Shown here in pieces: positions 16,401 to 31,400 of a stretch of 64,000 nucleotides of DNA. The translations under genes were made by a program, and so were the position numbers. The notes beneath the pieces are model-generated. The model was given only the letters and a program-made list of their open reading frames with translations, was not told the origin of the DNA and made no database searches. How positions within the stretch are numbered: position 1 is the first letter of the stretch; each line of letters begins with the position of its first letter. Source of the DNA: Styela clava (lineage: Eukaryota); NCBI RefSeq assembly GCF_964204865.1, contig NC_135251.1:12338001-12402000 (forward strand). Direction: 5' to 3'.

Positions 16401-19400
16401 TTCAGTAATTATACAAAATTGGCCCTAATTCCGAGTGAAATGATAATTATAACAAAAAAAATCGCTCGTGATAGCGCGTAACGTCAATCGTATTACGTAT
16501 ATCTTACTTTGCATAAAGGTCATGAACTATTTAAAAGGCGTCAATGTTGACCAACGTGAGAGTGGAATAACTACAAAGAAACAAAATTGGTGACACAAAA
16601 TTTGTCGATTATCAAGTAAATTAGGAAGTATATTTATATTGAAACGTGATCGTGATCGATTTCTGATGAACTGTTTTTGGATATTTAATTAATTTTTCAA
16701 ATGAAAACGTAAACATTGAAATAAACGTAATGAAATCATTTTGAATTTTTTTTTATATCGTTAAATCCATGAGTGACGCATTTATCAATCTTTGTGGGTT
16801 TATCAAAGACGTACTAGATTAAAAATATACAGTAGGATGAACCCAGCGAGTCTGGGACACCACACTTCACCTACCAGACCAGGGGTTCCCAAACGGAGAT
16901 ATATGCACCCCAGGGGTAAATTTCGACTTTTCAGGGGGTACTAGATCGAGTATACAAAATAATCTCTTCATAACTTCTAATCTGCTTCAAAGCATTATAT
17001 CCCCTGATGTTAGTAATTCGAAGACCAGAGTTTAGCAACTCTTTAGAAAGTCAAATTTTCACCCCAATAGAAACTCCGCAGTCCACAAGACTTACTTTGT
17101 CCAATCACAGCATGTAAGGAAATTTTGGTTGTACGCTAGCGATCTATCAATTATCCGAAGGGCACCTATTAACATTGAGTTTTGCTCGATGCTGCGTCAT
17201 CAAATTCGTTTGAACGCATTAAATACTGGATTCGAATTTATCGCTAGTTTCAATGTTTAGCATAAACGATTCTATTAATTGGTAAGAATGGCCAGGTTGA
17301 TGATTGACCACGGACTCAGTGCATGGTTCTATAATCATGATAATAAATTAATACCTCGCTAATATGATTAGTCTGGCGTCAAGTTATCATTTGAACAAAC
17401 ATTTGATAAAGACAAAAAAATATATGTAAGCATCATCTGACCAAAAATAAGTGATTCATTATCGCCCAACTTAAATATAAAGTTTAAACGCTCTGATCAC
17501 TATAAATTTCAACTTCCAAAACCTGTATAGGCAAAATGATTTCTGGCATCAGCAATTTCGGCAATAACATTCCAACATGCCCGTCCACATTAAGTGCGAC
17601 GAAGCCACTTCGCACTGCAGTTAATTAGATAAATGCTTCCGCTGGTACTTGAAGCAATGCTGAATTCTCTGTCCTTACTTCAAGTCTTCCCAGTTTTTGA
17701 CCGGCCTGACGAATATTTTGTGATCGAATGAAATGCTCTATACAGAATATTCACTAATGTTAGAGCAGTGGTTCTCAAACGCTGAGACTCGCCCCACAAA
17801 GATGGCGTAGACAATTTTTCGAGGGGCGTGAAGCAAATTAAAACATTTGTTTTAAGATTTGATCTTACCCGCCTAATTTTGGATATTTAGATTTCAAAAC
17901 TTTTCATTTGTTTCATTATTTACGTTCCATCCACGTATTTTAGACGTATATTTGAATAAAACATACCTTCGCCTTACTATCTGTTATTTGTATAGGTTAT
18001 TGTTAACGAGTTATTTTTGAGGTGGGCGCGAGACTTGACAAATTCTAAAAGGGGCGCGGTTTAAAAAGTTTGAGAACCACTGTGCTAGAGAATATATTGC
18101 CCTATTAGCTTCATTACCGCTCCCTTTACTGGTACAAAACCACTTATTATAACTGCACACATTGTCCATCATGAACATTTTTGTTCAGCCAAGTTTAAAT
18201 ACTTTGCCGGCTACAATCATCCAATTCTCAATGAGACAATAATCCAGCGTGAAATCAGCTTAATACCAATGATGTAGATCCGAGAAAGATAACGCATAAT
18301 CAGCGGCATGATAGCTTATCATCGACATTCATCTTGTTTTTTTGCGTCATATTTCAATCAAAAATGTAAAAAAGCTGAGTGCTTTGTTTGAGCATAAATA
18401 CGTGAAAAAAGTTGTTGAATCCGTCTCACATAAACTCTGGGGTAAGAAATATATACTTGGCAAACATAAAATGATCGAATATAGATATTAACAATTTAAT
18501 GAACGTTTCCCGAATTGGCCAAAATTCGACAACAAAATCATAAAATAAGAATCCACTTGAATAAAACCGTAATTTAAAAATTCCTTCTAAAATATCATGT
18601 TGAATATGATGATGCCGGTATCTGAACAAACATACAATTGTTTTCCACACATTTTTGACTTGAAACGCTTCAAGTTAATCTGCATTTACTGGCGCGTACA
18701 TACTGCACCGTTAGTTTTGGAATTTTAGAGGTAGTCGCCCGTAACTTTGCTCAAAGATGAGTCTTTTTTATTTTTAATTGAGTGCGAGTGAAATTTTTTT
18801 TAACAAAAAATATTTATTGGACCAATAAATTCTGATTTTCGACAATTACTTTTTCTGCTAAAAATCTTATAATAACTTCATGATTCACAAGAACAAAATG
18901 CAAGATAATAATCACCCAGCGGAAATATTTTATTACTGATAATGATCAAATATATCACGGTTTGTTGTCAGGTATGTACTTGAAAAATGAGTCTTTGATA
19001 TTAGAGCTAATTTGTTATTAACTGTCCGAAAAGGATGTTGTGTGGTAGCAGGCACGGCAAAGTGATTGACATATTGTCCGATTATATTGATTTTACAGTT
19101 TGAAAATTTTTACAGTTTTGAATCCCTAATTCTCAAGGTAGGTAGGTATGTATAAAGGTTTGGTTGTTGAGCGAAAAGATTCTACTTTGTACAATAATTT
19201 TAGTCTCGTGCTAGACTGTGTTTTGTTCTGTGGGAAATTCCAAAATTTTCTAGAAATTACAGAACTGTTATAGTCAATCAACTTTGCAGAATTGTAGTCA
19301 GAACGAAACCCACAAAGCGTGTTAAAACCTCGACAACTCGAAACTGTCACATGAACTACAAAGTAGGCAATTAATTATCAGGTGTTAACAACTTCAAATT

Positions 19401-22400
19401 CATGTCGAATATAAAACAGATAAATGTCTGTGTGACGTCATCAGCTTCGTAGAAATTGTAACAATGAGTAATTATATATAAAATTGAGAAAGTATATCAC
19501 AGGAAACAGGAAATTAGTTAAAAAAATATATAGAGAGTATTATTAGCCAAACGTCACATATGCGCAATAGCTTATCCGTGTGTATTTGCCCACCAACTGT
19601 AAGAATAGGTTAAATGCATCTGTGATGTATACTACATTGTTACGTTTATTTATTTTTTAATCTGTTATGCTTTTGCTGTATATAAATGTTGAAAAAACAA
19701 CGAAGAAAAATGCTTTTAACTAACAACCCTTCTCATTATTATATTATCATAAAATTTCTATTGAATGCTTTTGCTCGTGTGACAAATAAATTCTAACCCT
19801 ATGGTTTAGATAGCTTTACATGACACATTTCTTCGATCTTGTCGTAATAATTTTCGCCAAAAAAAAACACATATGAAGCACATTGCGCGTCCAATAGGTT
19901 AGAAGACACTATGGACAATTCTAATAACATTCAACTCACTGCATCATATTTTTCACTATCCAATGCTTCATGGCTATGATTGTACTTCCTTCCAAATTTG
20001 AACTCTGAACTCGGTGACGTAGACTGATAGGCATGCTTCCGGATAGCTTTCGATAATCCAAATATCTGTCGCCTTCCGTCAGCATCAAACTGTGACATAC
20101 TGTGACTCGTATCCGGTGAATAAATCTAGAATAAAAATTATAAAATCATGTTCGTGGGTATTTATATAATTTAATAATTTTTTACAATATGCATGTAATG
20201 AAAATGGGACATTCCCGAAGTATGTGAACCAAGATGGCGGACACCGGAACGTAGTATGTGTATCAGGTTAGGATTAGGTCATAATTTTATTCCAATTTTC
20301 CTTATTGTAGTTGATTACGAGTCCAGGTACTAACCAAGTGGCTCCCGTAGTATTTGTACCTAAAATTATGGCCTAATCCTAACCTGGTACATATACTATG
20401 TTCCGATGTCCGCCATCTTGGTTCACATACTTCGGGAGTACCGAAAATTGAATATATTTTAGAAGAAATAACAGAGTATATATATTGTATTTACGAATGC
20501 AAGTGTGAACCATCACCTGCAGTGATTTACCTACACCATATATACAAGGTGAACACCTCTTTAAAGTTTCGATCGCCCCTTTAATTATGAGTTGTGACAC
20601 CATACTTCAATTCCTGACTCGAATGTAATTGTATTACAATATTCATAAAGTGTCGTATATACCAGTGCAAAAGGTCAGTCTACTACATAACACATTTTTA
20701 TAAGTTTCACATAGTTTAATCGCTTATAGAAAAATATTCACCACCACCTAAATTTGGAATCACCCCGTCTTAAAATGAAAAGCTGGAGAGCATGATAATA
20801 ACATGTGAGGGTTTAAAGTGAGAGTTTACAAGCCAACAGTGTTGTATTGGTCAAATTTGCGTTATGCTTCAATGCCTAATTTTCTGAAAAAAAATTGCAA
20901 GTGGCCGAAAGTATCCATTATGTTGACGAAAGTTTACTCCATGAAATGAAATTACCCGTAATCCTAGAATAACTCCACGTAAATAAGTATAACATTGCGA
21001 CATCTAGAGGAAACTGTTAAGCGCCTGACTATTCAACAATCAACGCAACGTTATAGCGCCACCATGCGCTAAATTCAAACAAACTAAAACTTAGTTTTTA
21101 CAATACAAGGTGGTTATCGCTGAGCCGCGAGTATATTGGGATCACTCTTGTTTAACGACCGATAATGAACCATTCACGAATTACCAAATCAAAATCGATA
21201 ACAAAATCGTTTCCTTTTTACCAAAAAGTTTAAATGCCAGCATACCATAGGTGCGTATCAAATAAAAACATTAATACGTTTGAAATACGATCGACTGAAA
21301 TCAAGTGTGCAAGTTACGTCAAAACATTGAAATTTAAAAAATTTGTTAAATCATATCAAACTCGCAATAATTTCACAAATCGAAAAGGTATAATAATAGC
21401 TGAATACTTTCTTGACATCGTATAATACCATACATAAATCTGATTCGTACTTTATAACATTTCGGATGAGTTCCATCAAAACATTGACTGACATTCAATC
21501 CATTAACTGTACTTAACATTGTGTGAGTACATGATCAAATTATTTTAAGTTCTAGCAACATTTGGTATATTTTACATACCTTATTTGCGAAATACACTGT
21601 TAGCTTTTTTATTTAGATTATTGTGAAATCAACTAAAAAAAAATTATATCTTGATTTTATTAAACCAAATGGAACATTTCAAATTTCCATCAGTTAGGTT
21701 TACTAGAGACAAGCTACCATGCTTTGTGCTTTTGAGCTAATGGAGTTTATGGAATAAAAAGTTAATTTGGGACTATTTGAGGTAATCAAAATTCTATCCA
21801 TAAAATTTGATCAAATGTAGGCTATGCTTTGCAGTTATTGTAAAACTTACGTCAGCATATATTCAAAAATTTCGCGCATACTTAATTCGTGTAAAGTTAT
21901 TTATTCATCTGATTTGTATTGGTAGCCGCAAATAACCTACGCGAAGATAATTTTCGTAAATAGATCAATGTATTTATTTTTAAATTACAAATTGCTTCCA
22001 CATCGACCCACGCGACGCCAATTTAAATTTGTAAGTTGTACAAATAAATCCAGTTTCGTTATTCTACCATGACGATGTTCTCAAAAATCACTTAAATATT
22101 ATGATAATTCAGAACAATTTTTTTACAAATTTAGTTAAAATAGCCACAACGTATACTATTAAGAAATTTGACCTCGTTAAATAGTATATTAGGTGTACGC
22201 TATTTGGCAAATTATTATCATGGTATTAGCGTCAATTTAGAACTTGTCGCTAGATTTTCTGTATTACCAGTGAAAATTTAAAACATCTGATTTGCTAGCG
22301 AAAAATCTAAAATAATTTAAATTATCAGTAAAAGATGATCCATAAAATTTATTATGACTATATTTATATAGTGGTATGGAGGATGTTTTATTCGATAACC

Positions 22401-25400
22401 CATTCGCTTGTTGAAACTATATTTTTCTATTCTCAGTGTTTGCTATCAAACGCATTAATCTGACCAGCCAAATCCATTTTAATTGAAAGGAAAAGTTCAC
22501 GGCCTCAAAGTTAGTTTACATACTGTGGTGCTTCCAAAGCGTCTTAAAAGAGGCGTCGTTTAAATTTCTTTATTTACACAGTTGCCACCACGCGACTCCC
22601 GCGGCAACTTGAAATCAAGTAGAATCATTTCGTGGTGTCAATTAATTGAGTATCATTATAATAAGCGTGGCCCTTAGATATATTAAATTTCAAAAGTATA
22701 ATGCAGTTATGGTCCATGCGGAATCGAACAAAAATAAAAACGAACTTTTGAAAGTAAATAATCGCTACTGAAATTGGATTAATTGTTTCACTATGACAGA
22801 GGTAAACATTTTACTAAAGGATACACACTTCGCATAAGGCTGAGTTATATGAAATTGGGTATTTGTTACAGGAAGGATTCCTGAAAATGGGTCAAACATA
22901 CTTTGCGTGTGAATGAAATTGAATATACTGTACTAAAACTATGACCAAATTTCACAGTTTTTTGCGTTAAATAAATCATTCATAACGGGAGTTGAATACA
23001 TTTGTTTATTTGTATGTTTCTTCGCATAAATTACGTTTCTAAGAACTTCGGAATACAATTCATTACTGCTACTACGTGATATGCGTCATTTACGTTCCGA
23101 TAAAACTATCCCTACGAACGTTACAAAACAAAACATGACGATCTATATTTAATGACTGGAAACCAAACATTTTTCGTAAAGTTGAATATATGCGATATAA
23201 GTTAGATTTTATTCAGCAGTGGAAAAATGACAAACATAAGGCTTCCATTTTCTACTCCAAAAATTATACAAAAACAAATAAAAACACCCAAAAACATAAT
23301 ATATATTAGTCATTTTTGAACTTTCTAAATAGTAGATTTTTACAATAAATAAATATGCTCGTAGTATGACGCGAAGCTGTACAAACTAAAACCTTCATAA
23401 AGTTTTGTTTCTGAGCTCAAACAATCTGACAATTCAAAAGATAAACAGCGAAACATACACCAAGAAATAGTTGAAAGTAGCTTAAATAATTATTATACAG
23501 TTAGAAAACTCCATACCGTTTGTTTTGCTGCAGCTGCGTGTGTAGGTATCGTAGCCACCATGCTAGTTCCAGTGCAGTTTTTTACCGAAAATATGGTATT
23601 TTCGCCACTGTTGTTCGCAGGTCTAAATTCCACGGTTTACCGTAAGCTATAATTTTACTAAACTGCCAGCTTTCAAAATCGACTAATACTCGTTATTGAC
23701 TGCAAAATGATGATATGTTAGTGACTTGAGCAAACACCTATAAACAAATGACTCGAAAGTAGCAGCATTAAGTTATTTTTGACCCGGTTGCTATAGAGAT
23801 AACCCCACCCGCTCGTTAAATGTCGCCAGTCGGAGGCGTAAACAATAAACAAATTCACAAAGCAAACTCAGGAAATTGAAGCTGCGACTGTCACAACTAA
23901 ACCGATGATTAAATGCAATTAATTATACAATTAATTCCGTCAAGTGATTGTTGGGACGACACGTTCTGCGAAATTGGATTTCTATTGATATTGACTGGAA
24001 TAATGAAAAAAACGTAAATAGACCACGTGCATGTTTTGAATATTCACAAATAAACTTTGGAAACATTCGTTTCCTCAAAATTCATAAATATATGTGCTAT
24101 CGCCCTATAAGTACTTATCGCGCAAGTACAGATAAAATATCATTAATGCAATGCTTGGATAGTGTTCTATTATCTATGAAATCATATTGGACTCTTGCCA
24201 TTCTCATCAGTAAATCTGCCTTCTGTAACTTATTGTAAATATTGATACTTAAAAGCGATGACGCAATATTATCAAATAAAAAAATTAATCGCCTTTCATT
24301 TTTACCGCAAAACTTTTGTCTGTATTTTAATACCGGACGTGAAAAAATAATCCAGTGGTGTTCTAGATTTTTAGCTGATATAATTTATGCATAAAAATTT
24401 CAAGATATTTACTTGCACGACTATAACTGTCATAAAAATATTATATAACCTACATAACACGCCTATTTGAACTGTTTTATTCACTTAACTGGTTTCCTCG
24501 ACAAACTAAATCGTATACGCCATCCTCGAATCTTAATCTAAATCAGAAAGATCCGTCTCGAGTATAAAGGAACGATTAAATTCAAGCACTAAACGGCGCG
24601 TATTTTCAATTTCGATTACACCCTTCAAGTTATGTTTATTTTTGAATTACGCCCTTCGACCCCACACAAGGTCTTTTAAATACCGTGACAAATCGAACAG
24701 ATTCTGATCAACATTTGGCTGCTTTAGAAAAGTCTGTGTTTACATACCAACTGCCCCATACATGATGGTATATTCAAAATGATCGTATTTTTAGAGTGCC
24801 ATGTTTGGTTTGCACTTAACTGAGATAAATATCATTTGAATGTTGGAAATCGACCGTGCCTCAACGCGCCAACGAGTATCAAAGTAAATACATAAGGATT
24901 AATACACGCTTAGACTAACAACTTGAAGCTATTTCCCGGGTTTTGAAACTGCTGGTATTTAACTACTATTAAATTCGTATAACATCAAATACGACTATTT
25001 ACTGAAGACCACATGTAGACAAATGTCGATAGCACTTCGACGCCAAATTCTGGCAAACTTGAACTCTCCATGATATCTTTAACCTATCCCAAAATTGGTT
25101 AATAAAGTTATTGTTTGAACAATCGAGACATCAAAATTATCGTCTATCTTAATACGGATGTGACGTACAATATTTGAAAGGGGAATTCAAATAACTATAA
25201 TGTCAAAACTCGAATATATAGACAAAAGTAGTGAATCATATTCTGAAATGTCAAGTGGAATTGTTTCATATCTAGCCTTTCGCTAATAAACTGCAAGTAT
25301 TCGTAAAATACTGATGGTCGCATTAGTATATTACCAGCTGGCTTTACAATAGTAATTAGGGTTTAACTAGCGGGTGTATTGTGGCTTATGACACTAAATT

Positions 25401-28400
25401 AGCGCTTGATTACTTGCAATAAATTATCGTAAATATTTCCAATGTGCTAATGCATACATGGCAGTCTACTTCAACCTAAGATCAAGTGTTCGGAAGTTAC
25501 CAGAATCGCTAAAGCTTTTTAACCCATATCAGTAGTTCTAAAATTGATCCTCTCACATTTAGCCCTCATTTTAAAATTTCATTGCTTTAGTAAATTACAC
25601 AATATTTGAAACGTTACACCATCACTGATGGCATCACAGCAAATCGACCTCGGAACTAATAAAATGATTGTAACTTACAGAAATACGAAATTCGTTAAAC
25701 ATGGTCAAATAGTACAAACTATATCTAGTCACAAAAGAGTCAAATTCAGATTGAGCACAAAATTACAGACTGACCTCAGACCCTGCTGCAACACTTCATA
25801 GCGAATGTATAGTCTAGCATCGCCGTTTTACAAATGCAATTGCATGTTGTTTAGTCCTACCACCACCTATTATCTTGTTTTTCGTTCCGCACATCATTTG
25901 CAACGAAAGGATGGTTTTAACATAGAAGAGATAAATTACAAGACGGCGGTACTACTGTAATAAAACCGACTATTCAGTACCGACGTATTAAATGTCTTCT
26001 TTCAGGTGTTTCAAAGTGATACAATAGTTAACAACACATTTTAGCGACGCAAATAGGGTAAGAGCATGCTCCCACATTTTTTGTTATATAGAATATTTGA
26101 AATTCAAATTCTGCACTACTATTCTAATAATGACGACCTAAAATAGAGTTTTTAAAAAATTATTAAATGACAAATATTTCAATAAAACTGTTTACTTCAA
26201 TACCGTTCTTATATTTTAATATGAATCTGAACTTTCTATTTGTCATCAAACATATTATTTGTTCTACTTGCCTTTCTCTAGTCTTATAGTCAGCCTTAAG
26301 ATAATAACTGAATATATTCATAACGCAATATCGTTATAGACTATTCATCTGTTAAAAAAAAACTTAAGCTTGAATCCACTGAGTAACATATTCTGTATAG
26401 AATCGGGCTTAAAATTGAAATTCCGATTCCCGCCAGCATCATTTCCTCGTAGGAAATTTTAGTGTCGTTCGTTGAGATCATTACAACAATTTTCTCTCCC
26501 AGCGGATGTTTTATTACCGTCCTTTGTACTAAGAGATTGAAAAAATATCAGCAAAGTAGGTCAACATGGCAATATATTTGTGCGCTTATGGACAAACATA
26601 TCAGTGAGGGTTCAACCAACAGTCACGAACGAAATTAAACTTATGTAGCATCTCATCGAAATTCTATCTGTGAGGTAATATTGGAATTTTCATATTGAAA
26701 CGATGGAAGATTGACCTTGAAGCGTTTACTTCTGGACAGCGAAAGAGAATACCAGAGAAGTGCAGATTTCTTCCACCACTCTCATGACAGTATTAAATAG
26801 TATTTATTGGTTCGGCGTTGTAGCACATCGTGCTAAGCGTGCTTCCGAAAGCAAATAACTGGCTAACTAATCCCATACCCGACGTGGAGAGAGGTCGTGA
26901 TTCACTATATGATTAAGCAGTCTTTTTTCTCCCCGGGATAAATATGTAAATCTTAGCCTACTCTTGTATGTTGTCGGTCACACAAATGTCATGTATTTCG
27001 TCAGTACTACTTATAATACAAGATAAAATTATTCTAGAATAAAATTGAATGTCAGTTCTTCACTCGTTGCCATGTGGTCGATTAGTTAAAACAGATGCAA
27101 TGCAGATGTGAAAATGCACCAAGTTGTGCGAAATGGTATATTTACGACCAACCAATGATCACTAATTAATGCGTAACGAATTTTCAATTGAATAATTATT
27201 CATTAGACGATCGATAATCTTTCTCGAGAATAAATGAGAAAACCAGAATGTTTCGAAAGCAAATTGCTAAATTTCCGCGGAAATGTCTAAATATAGACTA
27301 TTGTTACAATAAAATAACTCGGCCGATCGATGGCATGTTTTTGAAATTATGTTTTTTTTTATACTTCATAATTCTTTTCTAACGAACAAATCATTTCCAC
27401 AGCACGAATCAGAAATCACACGAAGAAGATTGTATGTTTCGATACATAGTTCAATATTCATAATATTTGAAAAAAAAAATTTAAAGTTCCATTCCTTTAC
27501 ATGAAGAATTCTTTCGCTTCTTTTAGTCAAAAAGTAAACCTTATTTGATAATTGCTAACTACTTCCGTATTATAAGTGCCAGGTTAGAGTTAGGCCGTCG
27601 ATTTATTCCGATTTTTCTTAAGATTTCCAGCTGAACTGAGAATATTTCAGTTCTATAACAAGTGCGTGGGCTGTCTGTGTCAGCCAAGTGAATATACCCC
27701 CATAGCACTCAGTCCCTTTACACAACTCGATGTAAAGTAGGCGAACAACGATTTAACTTTGAACAATACATTGCTAATCTTCAGCTCATTACAATTTTTC
27801 ATCTAATAACTGTGAAAGCACGCAAGGCAGAAGTCATAAATCTTCGACTCTCATTTATATTTATACTGCACATTTGTTTTTACCAAAAAATTATGAACGT
27901 AATGAAAAAGCCTAATTTAAAAACAGATGGCTCAAATCCAATTTTACAGGAATTATGTCAAAATTTATATTCGTGAAGCTGCGGGTAATTCGGAACTAAA
28001 AGGATTTAACTTTTATATAGGATTCTTTAATATTGTTATTTTGATGCCTTAATGGGATTAAATTACATCAAGGAACAAAGTTCGACTTCTGTTATAATAT
28101 CTTCAATTCTAATATATTTTCAAAATCCTACTACAAACTATATAAACAATATGGCATATGTCGTATGAAATGGTAAATTTTTTTTCATGCCTCAATTCAC
28201 GATCATTTTACTGCCAGCGCCGTTGAGCACTGTAACCAAATTTACTAAAAAGCGGTGTGTTCCAAAGCTTTAAACACTTACAATTGTCAAACAATGCACC
28301 ATATTCCAACAAAGTAGGGCTTCCAACTCAAGCGGGCTAATTAAACGACTATTGAAACATAAGAAACACGGCCAGGGTGACACAATTGCAAAGCAGAAAG

Positions 28401-31400
28401 GACAAACGGTACGGAGCTGTCTGATATAGCAAACATTCTAGGTTAGGTATGATATGAGATTGCAGACAATAATCATTTCATCATTTCCATATTCCCACAG
28501 ATAGGAAAATGATTCTTAGATCCAATAAAAGTACAAACGCATTACAATATATAGCATTTCCATTAGATCAAAAGATAATAATAAATACCAACCGTTTTTC
28601 GATATCGCCCCAGACTCATTTCGTCAGTAAAACCGTGTGATAGACTTTTATCAGGTGATTTAAATAAACTTCTTTGTTGGAATAATCCGTTTATGTGCAA
28701 GGACATAGGCAATCTCTCTCTCACATGTGTGGCTTCAAACTTCCCTGTTAAAATACATTTCTGTAACAAATACACGCAAATTTTTTTTCAAGTATCTGTC
28801 AAAAGAGCATGAGATGTGATTATAAACATAAACTGCAGCAATAAAAATGCTAATAAACATAATATGATGACAAGGAATAGTACCTAAGTAACTGACAGTA
28901 ACTGATAATTTGCATAGATAAAAAAATTTAAGAAATTTCACAAAATGTTCCACTGGCCTCACAGCAATGTACTATTTTTAGAGAGAACGCTAACGTAATT
29001 TCAATAAGCATACAAGTTTTATTATTTTGTATTTTAGTTTGAATCTAAAGATAACCATTGAGTTGTTGCGACCCCTCGTTTCTCCGGATTATGCCTTCCA
29101 CCTTAGCGTGCAACACAATACCTTTTAAGTCGTCTAATGAGAGGTTTTGCGCGCGCTGGCTTAATTAAATAATATTACAATGAATCGTTGCGAGGAAACG
29201 AACAAAATGGGCTCCAACTACCCACGACTTTGGACTACTTTGTGAAATAATGAATACTCTACTATAATAAAAACCTACCCTGGTCGTATTCAGCCTTTAA
29301 GTTTTGTTAAATAGACTAGACATGCGTCACCACACATGTTAAGACACGTCTCAAGTTATATATATATACAGAATGAAAAGATCTGGGTACAAAATGGGGT
29401 ACTCCCGTAGTGTGTGTACCAGGTTAGGGTTAGGCCATAATTTTATTCCGTTTTTACTTATTTTAGTTTTATTACGAGTTCGGCGACTGTCTGTTTTAGC
29501 CAAGTGGATCCACCACCTGCCCACAGGTTTCAGTCCCTTCACACAACTTGATGTAAAAACGATGATAGAACGATCAGGGTACAAATTGATATAAAGTTAT
29601 AATCTATTTAGATATTACCAATATAACAGAAACATTTCTCCCAACTACTCTTTTTACAATGTTATTTCTACAAAAGCTCTAGATCTGATACAAAGCCTCT
29701 TGAGTTGTTAGAACTAAAGTACATGTAGATAGCGAAAATTGAATACATTGAAATTTATTTTCCGATACCTGTCGTTATTGGATATTACCTAAAAGGTATC
29801 TAAATCGCAATATGATAAATATTAGGGGAAAATCGCTAGTCTCAAAACAACCCGCTTCTTGGAGGGTTCGTTATCTCCCGATAAATATGATTCCATTAAA
29901 GATCGCACTGAAGTAAATTTGTACACAGCGAATACTCTTCGTTTAATGTAATTCAAATGTTTATGTATTCAACCTTCTCTGGCCCATCGGTACAACCATT
30001 TGTTTGACCAGTGAGTCAAAAACCTTCCAACTGAAGAATACTAGAAATACTCAACTTTTGATTTTTCAATCCACAGATCGAGCATCATAAGTCATAGAGC
30101 ACGGCTTATCTATGTCCGCTAAGTGATCGAGCCTAATTTGGTTTAAATTTTGTCACAGTGGGAAAGTTTTGAAAAGAAGACTCGAGGATTATCGATCGAT
30201 GTTATTCTGGTCTCTTAAAACAACTTTTGACACCGTGATCTTGTGTTTAAATCCCGATTTAATGAATTGGCATGGAACGCAAAACCCTCGAAATTCACTT
30301 TGTTGAGATATTTATTTTAATGTGCTTTAGTGCTTCTTCATATTATAGTTTGTTTTTGTTAACACTAATTAGGCTATAATCCGTATATAGGGTTTCCATT
30401 ATCTTAATTTTTTTTAAATTTGCAAAGGGAATTTATCGATACGATATATATTGTTCTGGCCCTCACAGATGTATTGAAGGAAGTAAAATACTTGAACAAT
30501 TACTGATTAAAAACAACAAACGTGGTGAACATATATGGAGAACTGACTTAACAAAATTAAAATTCTAAACAATGTGACGGGACTTTATGGACGCCTTGTA
30601 TAATCATAACCGCAATTCAACTTTAACCCGGGGTAACCAAAATCGCGTTTCGTAAATACATTTCTATTATTTTTATTATGATCCAAAACACATGTATAAT
30701 TTGAAGCACTCACCAAAAAATGACGGAAATCTTGGCTTCTTCTCAATGTGCTTCTCGCAATTCTGAAGTAAAAGTAGTCTGGTTCATAGTGTGACAGAAT
30801 TTCGATAATATGTAATTAGTGTTAATATAATATGTACCATTTCCCTCCGAAACAATAATCTATGAACACCACCTTGTTCAGCGTATAGGATCAGAAGGGT
30901 TCTGTCGTAATTTGCTATGTACCCTAGGATTGTTCACACAAAAGTTCGCACGGGGGTGATTATATATTTCAGAATGAGCTAAGCTGTACCATTGACTCAG
31001 AACAGGCGCTCAATTATAAAATCATTCACCCTCGTGAGTGTGAAAAATAGAATTAATCACAGGTATTATATGATTAGTAAAAAGTTTTTTTGTTTCTGAA
31101 AATTACATTAAAGAAGTTTCCATAAAATTCAAGAAGTATATATAATAAATACATATATGTATAAAACTAGTAACAATTGATATATTTACACATATGTGGT
31201 TTACTTACAGAAAACAAGTCTTGCAACTTTTTCAAAAATTCAAGCACTGATCTTGAGTCTCCTATTTCGATTCCTTTATGGTTAGAGAATAAGGTATTGA
31301 TTATTATATTTCATCTGAATATTAATGTAAGATCACAGACTTCCCGAAATAATTTATTTTTAATATATACTAAGTGTTAGTTTGTAAATAAAGTATCATG

